A stretch of 43,466 nucleotides of DNA from Synechococcus sp. (GTDB lineage Bacteria; Cyanobacteriota; Cyanobacteriia; Thermostichales; PCC-7336): the NCBI GenBank assembly GCA_051439425.1, contig JBFRWD010000132.1, forward strand, positions 1 through 43,466, given 5' to 3'. Positions 38,832 through 43,466 of the stretch are shown here, piece after piece. A program made the translations under genes and the position numbers. The notes beneath the pieces are model-generated. The model saw nothing but the letters and a program-made list of their open reading frames with translations, had not been told where the DNA came from and made no database searches. The stretch's first letter is position 1; each line of letters starts with the position of its first letter.

Positions 38832-41800
38832 ATGAACGACAGTGCGCGATTGTACTTTTTGTCTCCGGATCTACTAGCTATCCAAATTGATGCAGGTTCC
38901 GTGCAACTAGGGTTGGGAGTTGAGCCCGATACGTTCACTGGAGAACAGTTTGACTCGGAAATTCTCCTTAACGCCAGTAACTACGCCATTTCCTCATCCA
39001 CCGACCCACTATTCAGCACTGTGATGGGTCTGGAAGGGGCCCAACTGTCTCTCAAAACTAAGACCACGGATGTTGCCTTTCTCGATCGCAATCAACGCTT
39101 TAATCCAAACCAGCTGGCATGGGCCCAACAGTATACGGTGTACGTTCAATTGCCCGACGGTACGTCACTAACCCGAGGGGAAACCTACACCATTGATTTC
39201 ACTGGGGAATTGGAATCGAGCATCAATGACATTGTGGGTTTTGAGTACGAACCCGAGCAAGTCTTCAGCGAAGCCATCCACATTGCACAGTTGGGCTACG
39301 ACCCTGACGATCCTAAAATTGGCTTTCTGTCCGAATGGTTGGGACGAGATGTTAGCGGAAACAATGCCCCCATACCGGAGTACTTTCAGGAGGGATTGCG
39401 CTTTTGGATCGTAGATGCCACCACAGGACAGCGGGTGGAAGATGACGGTGTGGTTCGCACCGCTACCCTCTCGTTGGGGGCCGACTTCGATGAAGATGTT
39501 CGAGGTGGGTTCCAAAATTACAGCCGCACCGATGTTTACGCACTAGATTTCAGCGATTTCGAACAGGAAGGTCGCTACTATCTTGAAGTGGATGGTGTAG
39601 GGCGCTCGTTCGAGTTCCAGATTGCAGAGAATACCTGGGAACGTGGATTCCAGATATCCATGCAAGGACTTTACAACCAGCGCAGTGGAACGGCAATTGG
39701 CGGGCCATATTCAGAAACCGAGTACCTGCGTTCGTTCCATCCAGACGACGGCATCTTGGTCTTTCCGACCGATGGGCTGGCAGCAACGGTCAACGGCGAA
39801 ACGGTCTCTGTGGAAGACTTGCAGCTGATCGACACGAGCGAAGGACTTGGTGGAGGGACCAATTTTAGGCAGGCATTTCAAGCTTATTCAGCTCCCTTTG
39901 ACTTAGATGGGAGCGGGCGGGCAAGCGATAGCGAACTCGCCCAATTTATTGTACCGCTGGAGGATGCCTGGGGCGGATATAAGGATGCTGGGGATTGGGA
40001 TCGCCGCGTTCAGCACCTGTTTGGCACGCGACAACATCTGGCATTACTCGAACAATTCCCAGACTATTTTGAGGGGATCGACCTCAATATCCCCGACACC
40101 CTCGATAGCTTTGCCACCCTCGACAGCCTCAACACGTCCGTCGCATCGAATAATCTGCCAGATGTATTGGACGAATCCCTGTGGAATCTCGATTTTTTCC
40201 GACGCTTGCAAAACAGTGATGGGGGAGTTCGCGGCGGCATCGATACCGCGCAGTCCCCGATTGCTGGTGAAACAAGCTGGCAGCAAACCCGCACGGTATT
40301 CGCTTATGCCGCCGATCCGTGGTCTTCTTACATCTATGCGGGAACGGCTGCGCGCGCGGCACGAATCTTGGGGCAATACGATTCTGTTCTGGCATCCCAA
40401 TACCGCGTCAGTGCCCTTAGTGCGATGAACTGGGCAGAGGCCGAGTTTCTAACGGATGCGTCATATGACGTTATGCAAATTCGTGACGAGCGCAATCTTG
40501 CGGCCTTGGAACTGTATCTGCTCACGGAAGATCCGGTATGGCACCAATTATTTTTAGACACAACTGTTTTTGCCGGAGAGCAATGCGGCCCCGACCAGCC
40601 CTGCTTTGACACGTTCCAAAACGGTTCCCACGAGCAACGAGGGGCCGCGCTCCTGTATGCCCGAGCTCCCCGAAACCTGATCGATGACACCACGCAGGCG
40701 AATGCGATCGCGGCTTTGGTCCGGGCAGCCGATAACAGCCTTGCCGTTCAAAACGGGGGACCCATCACCTTCAAAGGTCGTCCGACCGGCGGTACAGCGG
40801 CCGGAACTGCTTTCAATCAAACCCGCATCAATACTCCCTTTGCACCACTGTCTCCTGGCAGGCTAGCGACTCCTCAAGTCGACGATTTGCTCGCTGCCTA
40901 CACAATAACGGGCGATCGCCAGTACCTCGATGGGGCTGTGAAAGGAGCCCATTTTTCAGCTGGAGCCAATCCATCCAACACGGTATTTACGTCTGGGCTC
41001 GTGGCTGCAGGATTGGCGCAACGAGAACCCAAAAATTCATTTGTCATCGATGCACGGTCCACGCGCCAAGGCACCCCTGCTGGTATTACCGCCTACGGCC
41101 CGCTTGACTCGCGCTTTGGCTTCAACCGAACCCAACAGAATTTGTTTGGACAAGAGAGCTTTCCCTTTCCTACCGCATGGCCGATTTACGAAAATTATTT
41201 TGATAACTACTGGAACTTCCAAAATACAGAATTTACGATCAGCCAATCCATCGCCCCAAACGCATTCACATGGGGGTATCTAGCCGCCAGCGATTCAATC
41301 ACCCCACCAACTGTTACCGCTCCTATTCCCGATCGCGTCTTTGTAGATGGGAGCACGATTAACTTGGATCTGTCTGGCAACTTTGCCGACAGCGATGGCA
41401 CCATTACCAACTACTTCGCGGTGGGGCTGCCCTCTGGGTTGAGTATCGATAACTCCGGACTCATTAGCGGTACTCTGGCATTCGATGCATCTTTAGATCC
41501 CAGAATTGTGAATCCTGGCAATCAGGGTTCGAGAGACTACTCCATCCGCATAATTGCCACAGATAATGATGGAGCCGCCGTTTCCCAGATCTTTGCACTG
41601 ACGGCAGAGAATGTCGATCCGCTGGCCATCGACGATCGCTTTACCACCAATGAGTCCACTCCCATCAGCGGTAACGTCTTCACAGATTCGGGTATCGACC
41701 GCGATGGTGACCCCGACAACGATGCCATCTCAATCGACAGGAATACGAGCCCCAGTAACGGCAGTGTCACGTTGGAGGACGATGGCGACTTTACCTATAC

Positions 41801-43466
41801 TCCCAACGATAGTTTTGTTGGCACTGACTCGTTTAACTACACCATCAGCGATGGCAATGGCGGCTCGGATACGGCAACTGTAACGATTGAGGTCAATCCT
41901 CCGAATACTCTCCCAACAGCTATCGACGATGCTGCTACAACCGATGAAGATGTGGCAGTCTCCGGCAATGTCTTGGATGGCAGCAACGGCGGTCTGGATA
42001 CCGACCTGGATGGGGACACTCTCACCGTTGTGTCCAACACCGATCCTGACAACGGTACGGTCACATTGAATGTCACGGGAGAGTTTACCTACACTCCCGA
42101 TGACGACTTCAACGGCTCTGACTCGTTCACGTACACCATCAGCGATGGCAATGGCGGCAGCGATACCGCCACGGTCAACATCACCGTGAATGACGTAGGC
42201 ACATATCTAAGCTTTGCCCAAGATGGCTCAGTCGGAGGAGTCACATTTAGCGATGAAGATATCCTCCGGCTCGACCCCAGCAGCGGAGACTACGAACTCT
42301 ACGCAGACTTATCGGATGTGGGAATCACTGGCGATGTAGATGCCGTCCATGTGGCAGACGACGGCAGTGTATTGCTGAGCTTTGAATCACCCACCTCGCT
42401 CTCTGGATTGGGGACGGTTGATGACAGCGATATCGTCCGATTTACCCCCACATCTACCGGAGCCAACACTGCCGGAAGTTTTGAATTCTATTTCGACGGG
42501 TCTGATGTGGGCCTTACAAGTGGTGGTGAGGATATAGATAGTGTTGCTCTCTCGCCGAATGGTGACTTAGTCATTAGTGTCACAGGAACCTTTAATGCCG
42601 GTGGCATCAGGGGGCGAGATGAAGACTTGCTGCTGTTCGACGCTACAAGTTTGGGAGCGAACACCAGCGGTAGTTTCTCACTGTATTTTGATGGGGCTGA
42701 TGTTGGCTTAGGCTCTTCGCCTGAGGATGTAAACGGTGCATCGGTTGATGCGAATGGTGACCTTTTCCTCACCACATTGAATAACTTTACTGTTCCTGGA
42801 CTGACTGGGGATGGTGCCGATATTTCTTTGTTTGACCCTACTTCACTGGGTAACAGCACAAGCGGTACGTTTAGTCAGTTTCTCGACGGGTCTGAAAACG
42901 GATTAGCCGGTTTAAGAATAGACGGTATTTCTGTTAATAGCGCCAGTAGTGCACCCGGGGACTCTACCCCCCCCAGCATTTCTAGCCTCACCCCAACAGA
43001 CAATGCAACCAACGTTCCAGTGGGTAGCAATCTACAAATCCAGTTCAGCGAAGCGGTCCAGGCTGGAACGGGAACGATCGTGCTAAGACGTCTCTCTGAT
43101 GGCAGTGAGATCGAAGCGATTAATGTCACGTCCAATCAGGTGACGATCTCGGGGTCCACCGTGACGATCGATCCTAGCGATTTGGCTGCCGATACGGATA
43201 TCTATGTAGAAATTGCCGCCGGTGCCTTTGAGGATGGAGCGGGGAATGACTTTGCCGGGCTTGCTGACAACACCACCTGGAACTTCACCACTGCAGCTCC
43301 ACCAGTTGGATTGGACAACTTGGTCTTTGTCAGTTCTCAAGGGAATGGCAGTGTGGGTGGGGTTTCCTACAGAGATGAAGATGTCCTAGCCTATGACCCC
43401 GGTACTGGAAGTTGGGAGCAATTTTTCGATGGCTCTGATGTGGGAATAACCGCCGATCTTAATGCC
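38832..43466 (+). CDS. Large multidomain glycoside hydrolase family 9 protein with Ig/cadherin-like and FDGSDVG-repeat modules; 3' end beyond the window
   Basis: Translated by hand: 1545 codons with no stop. SEAIHIAQLGY...DFSDFEQEGRYYLEVDGVGRSFEF (CelD_N-type Ig), LYNQRSG, WGGYKDAGDWD, LPDVLDE, GANP, NTEFTI, then GLPSGLSID, two TYTP...FxYTISDGNGG repeats, FDGSDVG repeats and PTDNATNVP...FSEAV (Big_5-type). Confidence 0.9.
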   Translation, partial: MNDSARLYFLSPDLLAIQIDAGSVQLGLGVEPDTFTGEQFDSEILLNASNYAISSSTDPLFSTVMGLEGAQLSLKTKTTDVAFLDRNQRFNPNQLAWAQQYTVYVQLPDGTSLTRGETYTIDFTGELESSINDIVGFEYEPEQVFSEAIHIAQLGYDPDDPKIGFLSEWLGRDVSGNNAPIPEYFQEGLRFWIVDATTGQRVEDDGVVRTATLSLGADFDEDVRGGFQNYSRTDVYALDFSDFEQEGRYYLEVDGVGRSFEFQIAENTWERGFQISMQGLYNQRSGTAIGGPYSETEYLRSFHPDDGILVFPTDGLAATVNGETVSVEDLQLIDTSEGLGGGTNFRQAFQAYSAPFDLDGSGRASDSELAQFIVPLEDAWGGYKDAGDWDRRVQHLFGTRQHLALLEQFPDYFEGIDLNIPDTLDSFATLDSLNTSVASNNLPDVLDESLWNLDFFRRLQNSDGGVRGGIDTAQSPIAGETSWQQTRTVFAYAADPWSSYIYAGTAARAARILGQYDSVLASQYRVSALSAMNWAEAEFLTDASYDVMQIRDERNLAALELYLLTEDPVWHQLFLDTTVFAGEQCGPDQPCFDTFQNGSHEQRGAALLYARAPRNLIDDTTQANAIAALVRAADNSLAVQNGGPITFKGRPTGGTAAGTAFNQTRINTPFAPLSPGRLATPQVDDLLAAYTITGDRQYLDGAVKGAHFSAGANPSNTVFTSGLVAAGLAQREPKNSFVIDARSTRQGTPAGITAYGPLDSRFGFNRTQQNLFGQESFPFPTAWPIYENYFDNYWNFQNTEFTISQSIAPNAFTWGYLAASDSITPPTVTAPIPDRVFVDGSTINLDLSGNFADSDGTITNYFAVGLPSGLSIDNSGLISGTLAFDASLDPRIVNPGNQGSRDYSIRIIATDNDGAAVSQIFALTAENVDPLAIDDRFTTNESTPISGNVFTDSGIDRDGDPDNDAISIDRNTSPSNGSVTLEDDGDFTYTPNDSFVGTDSFNYTISDGNGGSDTATVTIEVNPPNTLPTAIDDAATTDEDVAVSGNVLDGSNGGLDTDLDGDTLTVVSNTDPDNGTVTLNVTGEFTYTPDDDFNGSDSFTYTISDGNGGSDTATVNITVNDVGTYLSFAQDGSVGGVTFSDEDILRLDPSSGDYELYADLSDVGITGDVDAVHVADDGSVLLSFESPTSLSGLGTVDDSDIVRFTPTSTGANTAGSFEFYFDGSDVGLTSGGEDIDSVALSPNGDLVISVTGTFNAGGIRGRDEDLLLFDATSLGANTSGSFSLYFDGADVGLGSSPEDVNGASVDANGDLFLTTLNNFTVPGLTGDGADISLFDPTSLGNSTSGTFSQFLDGSENGLAGLRIDGISVNSASSAPGDSTPPSISSLTPTDNATNVPVGSNLQIQFSEAVQAGTGTIVLRRLSDGSEIEAINVTSNQVTISGSTVTIDPSDLAADTDIYVEIAAGAFEDGAGNDFAGLADNTTWNFTTAAPPVGLDNLVFVSSQGNGSVGGVSYRDEDVLAYDPGTGSWEQFFDGSDVGITADLNA

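Larger units (their letters stand above)
1..43466. repeat. HIP1 octamer (GCGATCGC) dispersed through the window
   Basis: Dozens of copies seen by eye, e.g. near 150, 229, 394, 9424, 14108, 23510, 35662 and 40913; a cyanobacterial signature. Confidence 0.9.

Noticed and set aside
39168..43340. Many short ORFs listed in the track in this region
   Set aside because: They are shadows of the single open plus-strand GH9 gene starting at 38832

Overview
Cyanobacterial chromosomal window. This is supported by frequent HIP1 GCGATCGC octamers, prk, cyanobacterial-type glgC, a fibrillin and DUF2288/DUF2997 genes. Most of it is scattered housekeeping genes: chrA (3' end), a class V PLP lyase, kamA, purL, dnaX, a K+ channel, cinA, prk, a Ca/Na antiporter, glgA, glgC, lipA, tRNA-Asp, nadK, a DprA-like gene, a SNF2 helicase, clpS and cdsA. 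The ORF track misses several features. (1) A >1545-codon gene at 38832 runs off the window end. It encodes a GH9 glycoside hydrolase with an EF-hand-like loop just before the DAGD catalytic motif, fused to Ig/cadherin-like and FDGSDVG-repeat surface modules, and is preceded by a perfect NtcA-type palindrome. (2) Two different IS630 remnants lie between an orphan Wzc/Wzz-like gene and glgC. (3) An ISKra4 transposase remnant follows the SNF2 gene. Also notable is an intact MpgP/GpgP-like HAD gene upstream of glgA that has lost key catalytic aspartates. I saw no CRISPR array, prophage or intact transposon. All calls come from manual motif recognition; no database searches were run.
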